Origin: Patescibacteria group bacterium
GTDB lineage: Bacteria; Patescibacteriota; Patescibacteriia; JACRDY01
Direction: 5' to 3'
Length of the DNA: 64,000 nucleotides
Assembly: GCA_041671565.1 (NCBI GenBank)
Contig: JBAZBH010000005.1
Location: 3,083 to 67,082 of the forward strand
Position numbers and translations under genes: made by a program. Each line of letters begins with the position of its first letter. Within the stretch, counting starts at the first letter, position 1. This document shows positions 8,596 through 17,399 of this stretch, in pieces. The notes beneath the pieces were generated by a model that saw only the letters and a program-made list of their open reading frames with translations, made no database searches and was not told the DNA's origin.

Positions 8596-11500
8596 ATGAA
8601 TGAAGAATTTACTAAAAATTATTTAAATCGGATAATAGAAACCCATAAAAGCGGTCAGGCGACCGAGCATTCTTATCGTCCGGCACTTCAGGAATTGTTT
8701 GAAAAAGTTACGGCTTTAAGAGTTCATAACGAACCAAAACGGAGCGAATACGGCGCGCCGGATTTTGTTTTTGTCAACAAAAAGATTATAGTCGCTTACG
8801 CTGAAGCTAAGGATATTAATGTTTCTCTTAATGAAATAGAAAAGAGCGAGCAAATGATCCGTTATTATGGTTATACTAATATCATTTTAACCAATTCTTT
8901 GGAATTCAGATTTTATAAAAGCGGCCAAAAGTTTTATGAGCCGATAAAAATTGCCGAATTAAAATCAGGAGAAATTATTGCAGTTGAAGAAAATTTTAAG
9001 TTATTAGATGATTCCATAAAAGATTTTATCAGCGAGGCTAATGAGCCGATAAAATCCGGCGCGGTTTTGGCTAAAGTGATGGCGGGTAAGGCCCGCCGTA
9101 TTCGGGATAACATCAAGAAATTTTTAAAAGAAGGCAATACGCCGGCAAATGAAAGCTTGCTGTCCGTGTATAATGTTATTAAAAGATTACTCTTGGCTGA
9201 TTTGGATCATGATAAATTCGCTGATATGTACGCCCAGACGGTGGTTTATGGTTTATTTGTGGCGCGTTATAACGACGATACCCCTGATACTTTTTCCCGC
9301 CAAGAGGCGCGCGATTTGGTGCCGAGGTCAAATCCATTTTTACGCAAATTTTTTGATCATATTGCCGGGGAGGATTTTGACAAACGGATAGAGTTTATTG
9401 TTAGCGAACTTTGCGAGGAATTTATTCATGCCGATGTAAAGGCGATCGTCCACGATTATTATAAAGTGGAAAAGGATGACAGTCGCGACCCGATTATTCA
9501 TTTTTATGAAGATTTCTTGCAGGAGTATGACGCGGCCGAACGCAAAAAAATGGGAGTTTTTTATACTCCGTTGCCGGTGGTGCGGTTTATTGTGCGGGCG
9601 ATTGATGATGTGCTTAAAAAAGAGTTTGGTTTAAAGGGCTTAGCTGATACTTCTAAAGTGGAAATTCAGGGTGTCAGCCAGGGCAAGAAATATAAACAAA
9701 GCGTCCATAAAGTTCAGATACTTGATCCGGCCACTGGCACCGGTACATTCCTTAACGAAGTAATTGAGTATATTGAAAAATCATTCACCGGTCAGAAAGG
9801 CCGTTGGGTCAGTTATGCCCAGGAGGATCTGTTGCCCCGCCTTCACGGGTTTGAAATTATGATGGCCTCATACACCATCGCCCATCTTAAACTTTCCACC
9901 ACGCTTAAGGAGGGCGGAGTGGATATGGGCAAGGGGCGATTAGGCGTGTATTTGACCAATAGCTTAGAAAAAGCTGAAAGCTATGACAATACTCTTTTTG
10001 CCGGTTTGGGATTGGGTCAGGCAATCACCGATGAATCAGTTGCGGCCAATAAAGTCAAAAACGATCTGCCGATAATGGTGATATTAGGAAATCCGCCCTA
10101 TAATGTCAGTTCGCAGAATAAAGGCGAATGGATTGGCGAGTTGATAAAAGATTATAAGAAGGATTTAGGTGAAAGAAAGATTAACTTGGATGACGATTAT
10201 ATTAAATTTATTCGTTTTTCGCAGTATTTAATAGATAAAAACGGTGAAGGAATTATTGGCATGATTACCAATAATTCATACATAGACGGCATTACCCATC
10301 GGCAGATGCGCAAAACCCTTTTAGAGTCATTTGACTGTATTTATGTTTTAGATTTACACGGCAATGCCAAGAAAAAAGAAACCGCGCCCGACGGTGGTGT
10401 CGATCAGAATGTATTTAGTATTATGCAAGGCGTATCTATTACGATTTTTGTCAAAAAAGCCGGCAAGAAAAAAGCCCTCGGCGCGGTTTATCATGCTGAA
10501 TTATTTGGCAAACAAAAGGATAAATATGAGGCGTTGAACAACGCGACTATAGAAAAAATAAAATGGAAGAAGCTTGACTATAAAGAGCCTTATTATTTTT
10601 TTGTACCTAAAGATTTTAGTTCGCAAGAAGATTATGATAATGGTTTCTTAATAACAGATCTTTTTGATATTTATTCAGCTGGGATAAAAACAAAAGTTGA
10701 TGATATAGCAACTGATTTTAGCAGAAATATTTTATTTGACAGAATAAATAAAATTTTAACAAATAAGCCGTCGTTAAAAGAGCTTATTACTCAATATAAT
10801 CTAGGGACAAATACCACATGGGAATACGAAAAGGCGAGCAGGGCAATTTTTGATGAGTCAAAAATAAGAAATTTTTCATATAGGCCATTTGATTATAGAT
10901 TTGTATATTTTGATCACGATTTTTTATCTAGAAGTAGAAAGAAGGTTATGGAACACATCGTGAAGGATAATTTAGCACTATCTTTTATTCACCAAGGAAG
11001 AAATAAGGGAGTAGAAGCTCTAATTACAAAAGAAGTAACTTGTGAAGATTTTATTACAAACCATACTTTTACGGCTCCACTTTATCTTTACGATGGAAAA
11101 ATAAAAATGGGTGCCTCGGGAACTATTGAGGCCGAAAGAGTGCCAAATCTAAATTTGTTGATTGCAAGAAAGATCGCAGAATGCGTTGAGATGGTTTACT
11201 ACCCGGTTGCGGAATATGAAACTATTAAACCAGACAAGCGTCTTACTCCAGAGAACATCTTAGATTATATTTACGCGGTTTTATATTCTCCAAGTTATCG
11301 CGAGAAATATAAGGAGTTTTTGAAGATTGATTTTCCGCGCGTGCCATATCCCAAAGATGAAAAACAGTTTTTTGCGTTGGCTAGATTGGGCGAGGAATTG
11401 CGTCATCTGCATTTATTGGAAAGTCCGAAAGTTGATAATCCTATTACCACTTATCTAATAGCGGGCGATAATTTAGTTGAAAAAGTTAATTATCAAGATG

Positions 11501-11727
11501 GCAAGGTTTATATCAATAAAACCCAGTATTTTGTCGGAGTACCAGAAGAAGTTTGGAATTTTTATATTGGCGGCTATCAGCCGGCGCAAAAATGGCTTAA
11601 AGACCGCAAAGGCAGAAATCTTGCCAGTGAAGATATTGAACATTATCAAAAAATGATTGTTTCTATTTTTGAAACAATAAGAATTATGAAGGAGATTGAT
11701 CAAATTGTTGAAAAAAATAGTAAATAA
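8596..11727 (+). CDS. Single-chain restriction-modification enzyme (Type IIG / ISP-like C-terminus, no helicase)
   Basis: N-terminal PDF...EAK nuclease, DPATGTG motif I, NPPY motif IV, YRPFD and IGGYQPAQKWLKDRK C-terminal motifs; ATG at 8596. Confidence 0.9.
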   Translation: MNEEFTKNYLNRIIETHKSGQATEHSYRPALQELFEKVTALRVHNEPKRSEYGAPDFVFVNKKIIVAYAEAKDINVSLNEIEKSEQMIRYYGYTNIILTNSLEFRFYKSGQKFYEPIKIAELKSGEIIAVEENFKLLDDSIKDFISEANEPIKSGAVLAKVMAGKARRIRDNIKKFLKEGNTPANESLLSVYNVIKRLLLADLDHDKFADMYAQTVVYGLFVARYNDDTPDTFSRQEARDLVPRSNPFLRKFFDHIAGEDFDKRIEFIVSELCEEFIHADVKAIVHDYYKVEKDDSRDPIIHFYEDFLQEYDAAERKKMGVFYTPLPVVRFIVRAIDDVLKKEFGLKGLADTSKVEIQGVSQGKKYKQSVHKVQILDPATGTGTFLNEVIEYIEKSFTGQKGRWVSYAQEDLLPRLHGFEIMMASYTIAHLKLSTTLKEGGVDMGKGRLGVYLTNSLEKAESYDNTLFAGLGLGQAITDESVAANKVKNDLPIMVILGNPPYNVSSQNKGEWIGELIKDYKKDLGERKINLDDDYIKFIRFSQYLIDKNGEGIIGMITNNSYIDGITHRQMRKTLLESFDCIYVLDLHGNAKKKETAPDGGVDQNVFSIMQGVSITIFVKKAGKKKALGAVYHAELFGKQKDKYEALNNATIEKIKWKKLDYKEPYYFFVPKDFSSQEDYDNGFLITDLFDIYSAGIKTKVDDIATDFSRNILFDRINKILTNKPSLKELITQYNLGTNTTWEYEKASRAIFDESKIRNFSYRPFDYRFVYFDHDFLSRSRKKVMEHIVKDNLALSFIHQGRNKGVEALITKEVTCEDFITNHTFTAPLYLYDGKIKMGASGTIEAERVPNLNLLIARKIAECVEMVYYPVAEYETIKPDKRLTPENILDYIYAVLYSPSYREKYKEFLKIDFPRVPYPKDEKQFFALARLGEELRHLHLLESPKVDNPITTYLIAGDNLVEKVNYQDGKVYINKTQYFVGVPEEVWNFYIGGYQPAQKWLKDRKGRNLASEDIEHYQKMIVSIFETIRIMKEIDQIVEKNSK

Positions 11728-11755
11728 AACCCGTTGACTAAAAAAATTATCTATA

Positions 11756-12147
11756 TGATAAATAAAAATAGAATGGGCGAAATAAGTTTGATAATAGTTC
11801 TTATAGTTTTTGCTGGGCTATTTTTTTGGGCTAAACAATATTGGATCACCTTTCTAGCCTTGGTCATAACTTTAGTTGGTTGGCGCGTAGAAGATGTTTT
11901 ATATTTTTCTGTTACTAAGGAAGGAATTAAGGTTAAACTATCAGCATTACGGAAAGAATTTGAAACAACATTACGTTCAGATAAATCAATAGACGAAAAA
12001 GTAAAGGCATCGCAAGAATTAATTGATGAGGCCTTTCGCGCGGGCTATCAAATTGCCGGCGGTAAAAAAGTTGTTGGAACAATTAATAATGTAAAAATAT
12101 GGGGAAGCAAGGATGGTAATAAAAATATTCAGTATGATGAAACTTAA
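11756..12147 (+). CDS. Hypothetical protein with two N-terminal TM helices
   Basis: AT-rich ORF in the defence island; start uncertain (11734, 11756 or 11773). Confidence 0.6.
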
Positions 12148-12164
12148 TAAAAATTAATTAATAG

Positions 12165-12248
12165 TTGGTCAGCAAAAAAATAGACGAGGAAGTCTATCAG
12201 CTTTATGGTTTGACCGAGGAGGAGATAAAGGTGGTGGAGGGAAATTAA
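12165..12248 (+). pseudogene. Orphan C-terminus of a Type IIG RM enzyme (KIDEEVYQLYGLTEEEIKVVEGN*)
   Basis: Manual translation; typical ID..VY.LYGLT.EEI..VE terminal motif; in-frame stop at 12162. Confidence 0.8.
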
Positions 12249-12257
12249 TTGGATAAG

Positions 12258-12286
12258 AAAAGAACGAGTCGCGGTCTCGTTCTTTT
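12258..12286. terminator. Bidirectional terminator
   Basis: AAAAGAACGAG-TCGCGGT-CTCGTTCTTTT between convergent genes. Confidence 0.75.
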
Positions 12287-12668
12287 ATATATCTTGTTTT
12301 TTTAAATATTCTTTTAAACTTCGCGTGTAATCGTTATATTTGTCTTTTTTGCGGTGTCCTTCGTCGCGGAAACCTAACTCTTTTCGTTTTTCTATAAAAT
12401 CAAGATTAATTGCGCATTCAGCCAAATCAAGAAAATAAACTATTCTGTATCCGCCGCTTTTGCCTTTATTGCTATCTGGGTTGGGGATTCCGGCCGACCA
12501 GGCTTCGTAGCGATTTTTTGGCGATCGATAGACGAGTTTTTGACGCGGCAACTCGCAACGGCTCACTGTTGGCGCCCATAGTTTAATAGCATCTCGCACG
12601 GTAATTGAAATCCCATTTTTTTCGCACAGGCGCACAAATTGTTCTCGCTCAATATAAATCCAGGCCAT
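12285..12668 (-). CDS. RelE/HigB-like toxin
   Basis: KGKSGGYRIVYF motif; directly downstream of a Panacea antitoxin. Confidence 0.65.
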   Translation of the reverse strand: MAWIYIEREQFVRLCEKNGISITVRDAIKLWAPTVSRCELPRQKLVYRSPKNRYEAWSAGIPNPDSNKGKSGGYRIVYFLDLAECAINLDFIEKRKELGFRDEGHRKKDKYNDYTRSLKEYLKKQDI

Positions 12669-12680
12669 AGATGTGACAAC

Positions 12681-13181
12681 TTACCGAAAAAAATCAATGT
12701 CGCGCGCATAAGCGTAATCAACGACTTCATACGGTTTTGAATAGAACCAAGGCGCTTCAAGGTGCGTTTGGGCAACGATTTTTTCGGTCGGCCAATTTCC
12801 GAATTCGTCACAAATTTGTTTGAGTAATTTTTTTTGATTGACGGAGAAAACAGATTCATCAAAATTTTTTACATCTTTAATCTCAAAACTAATCATTTCG
12901 CCGTCCATATAATTGACTGATTTAGTATCAATTGCTCCTTCAGTTTTAAGTTTAGAAAGAATTTCATCAATTCGTGATGGTACGGGACCATAGCCCTGAT
13001 GTATATACACATCGCCAGTAACTGTTTTTTTATGATCACGAAAATATATAAAATCAAGATAATACAAAAGTTTATTTAGCTTTGTAGCATGTAAATACTG
13101 ATTATTACAGTATTTAATAAAATATAGGACGGCGTTATTGTAAACTCGCTCGTCAATTGCAGGGCAGATAGCTTTGACCAT
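12681..13181 (-). CDS. Panacea-domain (DUF4065/SocA-like) antitoxin
   Basis: TKLNKLLYYLDF, YGPVP, THLEAPW. Confidence 0.85.
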   Translation of the reverse strand: MVKAICPAIDERVYNNAVLYFIKYCNNQYLHATKLNKLLYYLDFIYFRDHKKTVTGDVYIHQGYGPVPSRIDEILSKLKTEGAIDTKSVNYMDGEMISFEIKDVKNFDESVFSVNQKKLLKQICDEFGNWPTEKIVAQTHLEAPWFYSKPYEVVDYAYARDIDFFR

Positions 13182-13259
13182 ATTGTTATCTGCATAATAA
13201 CATAAATAAGTATTTTTACGCAATTAAATCTTGTCAAGAATTAAGCTGTGTAAAACTTA

Positions 13260-13289
13260 TTGACAAAGCTTTGTTATCGGCGCTATAAT
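13260..13289 (+). promoter_or_regulatory. Sigma70 promoter for the LexA-like gene
   Basis: TTGACA-18-TATAAT. Confidence 0.65.
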
Positions 13290-13322
13290 TGGGTAATAAG
13301 GCAGTACAATAAATAATGATAT

Positions 13323-14069
13323 ATGCATTTAATCCAAGAAAAATTGTTAAATTTAGCTAAAAATAATAATTTAACTGATTTAACATTAAGGAAAATAGGG
13401 GAATTAATCGGCGAACCGAATAGTCCCCAAAAAATAAAGCATCATTTGGATAAATTGATTGCCAAGGGTCTTCTGTTGGTCGGCGCTGACGGCAAGGCGT
13501 TAAAAGTCGCTGCTAGCGGCCTAGATGAAAAATCAAAGTTAGTTTCTTTGCCAATCGTTGGTTCGGCCAATTGCGGCGAGGCGCTGATTTGCGCCGATCA
13601 AATAGTTGAGGGTTACCTAAAAATATCTTTAAAAATTTTGGGTGATCAATTTAAAAATAGGCTAAAGGATCTATTTATTTTGCGCGCGGTGGGGAGCTCA
13701 ATGAATCGGGCAAATGTGAAAGATAAAAGCATCGAAGACGGAGACTTTGTGGTAGTCGAAAAGAATCAAGGAATTCCAGTTAGCGGCGAGTATGTGGTAT
13801 CGATAATTGATAATATGGCGAATATAAAAAAGTTTTTAGTTGATAAAAAAAACAGACAAATTGTTTTAATATCTGAATCAAATTTTAATATCCCTCCGAT
13901 CTATATACATGAGGATGATCTTTCTAATTATTTAGTTTGCGGCAAAGTGGTTGATGTTATCAAAAAACCGGATGAGCTTCTGTTCGCCAGAGACGAATCA
14001 GCCAAAGACATTTTGAAAACTATTGGTCCTATTTCCAGGGAAGACTATAATTATTATGAAAAATTATGA
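13323..14069 (+). CDS. LexA/S24-family repressor-peptidase with a C-terminal extension
   Basis: HTH (TLRKIGELIG), ANCG cleavage site, GSSM Ser, NIKK Lys. Confidence 0.85.
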   Translation: MHLIQEKLLNLAKNNNLTDLTLRKIGELIGEPNSPQKIKHHLDKLIAKGLLLVGADGKALKVAASGLDEKSKLVSLPIVGSANCGEALICADQIVEGYLKISLKILGDQFKNRLKDLFILRAVGSSMNRANVKDKSIEDGDFVVVEKNQGIPVSGEYVVSIIDNMANIKKFLVDKKNRQIVLISESNFNIPPIYIHEDDLSNYLVCGKVVDVIKKPDELLFARDESAKDILKTIGPISREDYNYYEKL

Positions 14070-14419
14070 TTAAAAAAGGCGATCTCGAGTTTGGCGATAT
14101 AGTCTGGACGGAGTTTGATCCTAGTGTTGGGCATGAGTATCAAAATAAAAGACCGGCTATAGTTATCCAATCCAATGAACAATTAAATAAATCTAATCTG
14201 GTAACAGTGATGCCGCTTACAACTCAAGCAGGCAATGTTACGGGAGATGATATTATAATTCCAACCGACCAAGATAATAGGTTGAGGGCGGATTCCGTCG
14301 CTAAGGTCTATTGTATAACTTCATTTGATTATAGTCGTTTTTCTAAAAAAATAGGTAAGGTTAATGCCAAATTGATTATTGCCCTGAAGGAGTATTTAAA
14401 AAAGCATTTTGATCTTTGA
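14066..14419 (+). CDS. MazF/PemK endoribonuclease toxin
   Basis: GDIVW..FDPSVGHEY..KRPAIVI, VMPLTT; ATGA overlap with the LexA-like gene. Confidence 0.9.
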   Translation: MIKKGDLEFGDIVWTEFDPSVGHEYQNKRPAIVIQSNEQLNKSNLVTVMPLTTQAGNVTGDDIIIPTDQDNRLRADSVAKVYCITSFDYSRFSKKIGKVNAKLIIALKEYLKKHFDL

Positions 14420-14584
14420 GTTAATATTTTGAGTTATTTTGAAATTAGAAAGTTGCTTGTTAATAAAGTGACTTTTTTTGTTATTTCTGCTAAAATTATT
14501 TAGAAGATATCGCTAGAGTTAAGAAAAATTCCTTTTTAAGTAGTTTTTCAATTTTAGCCATTTTCTATTATAGGCAACCTATTT

Positions 14585-15979
14585 ATGAATGCTTTGGGCT
14601 TAAAAAATAAAAAAGTTCTAGTGATGGGGCTCGGCCTCCACGGCGGGGGGCTGGGCGTGACCAAGTGGCTAATCAAACAAGGCGCGCGGGTGACGGTGAC
14701 TGACTTGAAAACTAAAGAACAGCTGAAAGCTACCCTCCGAGAACTTAAAAGTCTGCCCATCAAATATGTTTTAGGCCGCCATCAGCCGGCCGATTTTAAA
14801 AATGCCGATTTGGTGATCCAAAATCCCGGTGTGCCGAGCGAATCGCCGTTTTTAAAAATTGCCAATAAAGCCGGCGTGCCAGTGGTAACCGACATGAGTT
14901 TGTTTTTTGAGCGTTGTCCGGCGCCGATTATTGGTATTACCGGCACTAAGGGTAAAACCACCACCACGACTTTAATCGGCAAGATTTTTCAGTCTGCCGG
15001 TAAAAAGCCGATTGTCGCCGGCAATATCCGAGTTTCGCCTTTGGATTTTTTGAATAAAATCAAGAAAAATTCCAGTGTGATTCTGGAGCTGTCGTCTTGG
15101 CAACTGGAAGGCCTCGCGCCGCTTAAAATCAGCCCGCAGATTGCTTTGATTACTAATCTTTCGCCCGATCACCTGAACCGCTATCGGTCACTTGGGGATT
15201 ACATTAAAGCCAAAACCCTCATTTTCAAATTTCAGCAGCCGGAAGACATTTGTATTTTAAACCGCGATAATCAAGCCAGTCGTCAGCTCGCGAAGTTGGT
15301 GCCCAGCCGGCTATTCTGGTTTTCCAAAAAGTATTTTACTAGCGGGAACGGCGGGTTTATTAAAGATGGTTGGCTGCGATTCCGTTCGGGAAATAAAACA
15401 GTTAAAGTGATTAAAACTTCGGCGGTCAAAATTCCCGGGGAACATAATTTAGAAAATATTTTAGCGGCGCTATCGTTGGCGCTAGTGGCCGGTGTTTCAT
15501 TGGCGGCGGTTCGGCAAGCGATAAAGCAGTTTACCGGCGTCAGCGACCGGCTGGAGTTAATTAAAACCGTTAAAGGTGTCAGCTATTATAATGACACGAC
15601 AGCGACCGCGCCGACAGCCGCGATCCAGGCTTTAAAAACTTTGGGCGGGCAAAAGAAAAATATAGTTCTCCTTGCCGGCGGGGCGGACAAGAAATTAGAA
15701 TTTGGCGAATTTGCCCAAGCGATAAAAAAATACGCCAAAGCCGTGGTGCTCTTTCGCGGGTCGGCGAGCGTTAAACTTAAAAAAGAATTGTTAAAATTAA
15801 ACTACTGGGTCATGACGGAAGTCGGGAGTATGCCGGCCGCGGTCAGCGCCGCGCAAAAATTGGCGCGAGCGGGCGAAATTATTTTACTCTCGCCGGGCGC
15901 GGCCAGTTTCGGGCTGTTTATTAATGAGTTTGATCGGGGAGAACAATTCAAAAATATCATTAAAGTATTAAAACATTAA
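14585..15979 (+). CDS. murD: UDP-MurNAc-L-Ala--D-Glu ligase
   Basis: GITGTKGKTTT, ELSSWQL, NLSPDHL, LLSPGAAS. Confidence 0.95.
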   Translation: MNALGLKNKKVLVMGLGLHGGGLGVTKWLIKQGARVTVTDLKTKEQLKATLRELKSLPIKYVLGRHQPADFKNADLVIQNPGVPSESPFLKIANKAGVPVVTDMSLFFERCPAPIIGITGTKGKTTTTTLIGKIFQSAGKKPIVAGNIRVSPLDFLNKIKKNSSVILELSSWQLEGLAPLKISPQIALITNLSPDHLNRYRSLGDYIKAKTLIFKFQQPEDICILNRDNQASRQLAKLVPSRLFWFSKKYFTSGNGGFIKDGWLRFRSGNKTVKVIKTSAVKIPGEHNLENILAALSLALVAGVSLAAVRQAIKQFTGVSDRLELIKTVKGVSYYNDTTATAPTAAIQALKTLGGQKKNIVLLAGGADKKLEFGEFAQAIKKYAKAVVLFRGSASVKLKKELLKLNYWVMTEVGSMPAAVSAAQKLARAGEIILLSPGAASFGLFINEFDRGEQFKNIIKVLKH

Positions 15980-16036
15980 AACTTGAAAACCAGGTGTGGC
16001 AAATTTGTTTTAATGTTTTAATGTTTTAATGTTTTT
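15960..16036. repeat. Octamer (AAAACATT) inverted-arm element joining the murD stop and ftsW start
   Basis: ATTAAAACATTAAAAC ... GTTTTAATGTTTTAATGTTTT; same unit at ~4266-4304 and 22177-22258. Confidence 0.85.
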
Positions 16037-17143
16037 ATGACTCAACGGGGCCATCAGCCAGACTATTTTCTTATCGGCCTTTTCGCCGGGCTCCTGCTTT
16101 TCGGCTTGGTAATTTTGTCGTCGGCTAGCGCGCCGCTTGGCTATCAGAAATTTCAAGATCCTTATTATTTTATAAAGCACCAGCTCCTGACCGGCCTGTT
16201 GCCCGGTTTGATCCTGTTTGTTTTTTTTAGCCGTTTTCATTACCAAAAATTAAATAAACTCGCCATTTCGTTTTTGATTTTTTCCATTGTTTTACTGATT
16301 TTGGTGTTTATTCCGGGTTTGCAGGCAGAATATGGTTCGGCGCGCAGTTGGTTGAATATTTTTGGCTTTTCCGTCCAGCCGTCGGAAATCGTCAAGCTGA
16401 CATTTTTGATTTATTTGGCCGCCTGGCTGAATAACCGCGGCGAGCAGAAGGTTCAAGATCTCCACTCCAGCTTTGTGCCATTTATTGCGGCATTATCAAT
16501 TATTTCGCTCCTAATAATTTTACAGCCGGATTTGGGCACACTTTCAATTATTATCGTGGCGGCGGTGACGGTTTATTTTGTCGGCGGCGGCAATTTACGC
16601 CATTTGGCGGCGATGGGCGCGGCCGGGTTGGCGGCATTTTTACTGCTGATTAAAATCGCGCCTTACCGCATGAACCGGTTTATTGCTTTTTGGTCTCCGG
16701 GTAAAGACACACAAGATGTGACTTATCATCTGTGGCAGTCGTTGATTGCCATTGGTTCGGGCGGGTTCCTTGGTCTCGGTCTCGGCCACTCGCGGCAAAA
16801 GTTTTCCTATCTGCCGGAAGTGTCCGGCGATTCAATTTTCGCCATCATGGGTGAAGAGCTGGGATTTATTTTTACTTGTTTGTTTATCATTTTAATCATC
16901 ATGCTCGCTTACCGCGGTATCCAGCTCGCCAAGAACGCGCCGGACCGCTTCTCTCGCTTGCTGGTCGTCGGGATTATTGCTACTATCTCGTTTCAGGCGT
17001 TTATCAATATGGCCGGACTGTTGGCGCTGATGCCGATGACCGGCATTCCTTTACCGCTGGTTTCGGCCGGCGGCACGGCAATGATGACGACACTGGCGTC
17101 GGCGGGGATATTGGTGAATATTAGCAGGTTTAGCAAAGTTTAA
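16037..17143 (+). CDS. ftsW: SEDS protein FtsW
   Basis: QPSEIVK, QPDLG, DSIFAIMGEELG, GIPLPLVS; dcw context. Confidence 0.95.
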   Translation: MTQRGHQPDYFLIGLFAGLLLFGLVILSSASAPLGYQKFQDPYYFIKHQLLTGLLPGLILFVFFSRFHYQKLNKLAISFLIFSIVLLILVFIPGLQAEYGSARSWLNIFGFSVQPSEIVKLTFLIYLAAWLNNRGEQKVQDLHSSFVPFIAALSIISLLIILQPDLGTLSIIIVAAVTVYFVGGGNLRHLAAMGAAGLAAFLLLIKIAPYRMNRFIAFWSPGKDTQDVTYHLWQSLIAIGSGGFLGLGLGHSRQKFSYLPEVSGDSIFAIMGEELGFIFTCLFIILIIMLAYRGIQLAKNAPDRFSRLLVVGIIATISFQAFINMAGLLALMPMTGIPLPLVSAGGTAMMTTLASAGILVNISRFSKV

Positions 17144-17146
17144 GGG

Positions 17147-17394
17147 AGAATCATGAATCAAGAATTAAGAATCAAGAAGGTCGGTAAACGGTGTTTAATC
17201 TTTAAGTCTAGTTAGAATGTCCAATATCCAAATCCCAATGTCCAATCAATGTCCAATGACCAAAGGTGGCTATCCCGAAGCGACCCCGTTGTGGCTTGGA
17301 CATTAGTCATTGGGTCCGCCGAATCGGCGGATGGTCATTGGAGCTTGGACATTGATCATTTATTCTTGATTCATGATTCTTAATTCTTGATTCT
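17147..17394. repeat. Nested heptamer hairpins (outer GAATCAA, inner CCAATGT) with a mini-palindrome at 17315-17331
   Basis: Outer arms 17147-17178 / 17362-17394; inner arms 17216-17264 / 17296-17360. Confidence 0.9.
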
Positions 17395-17399
17395 ATTTT

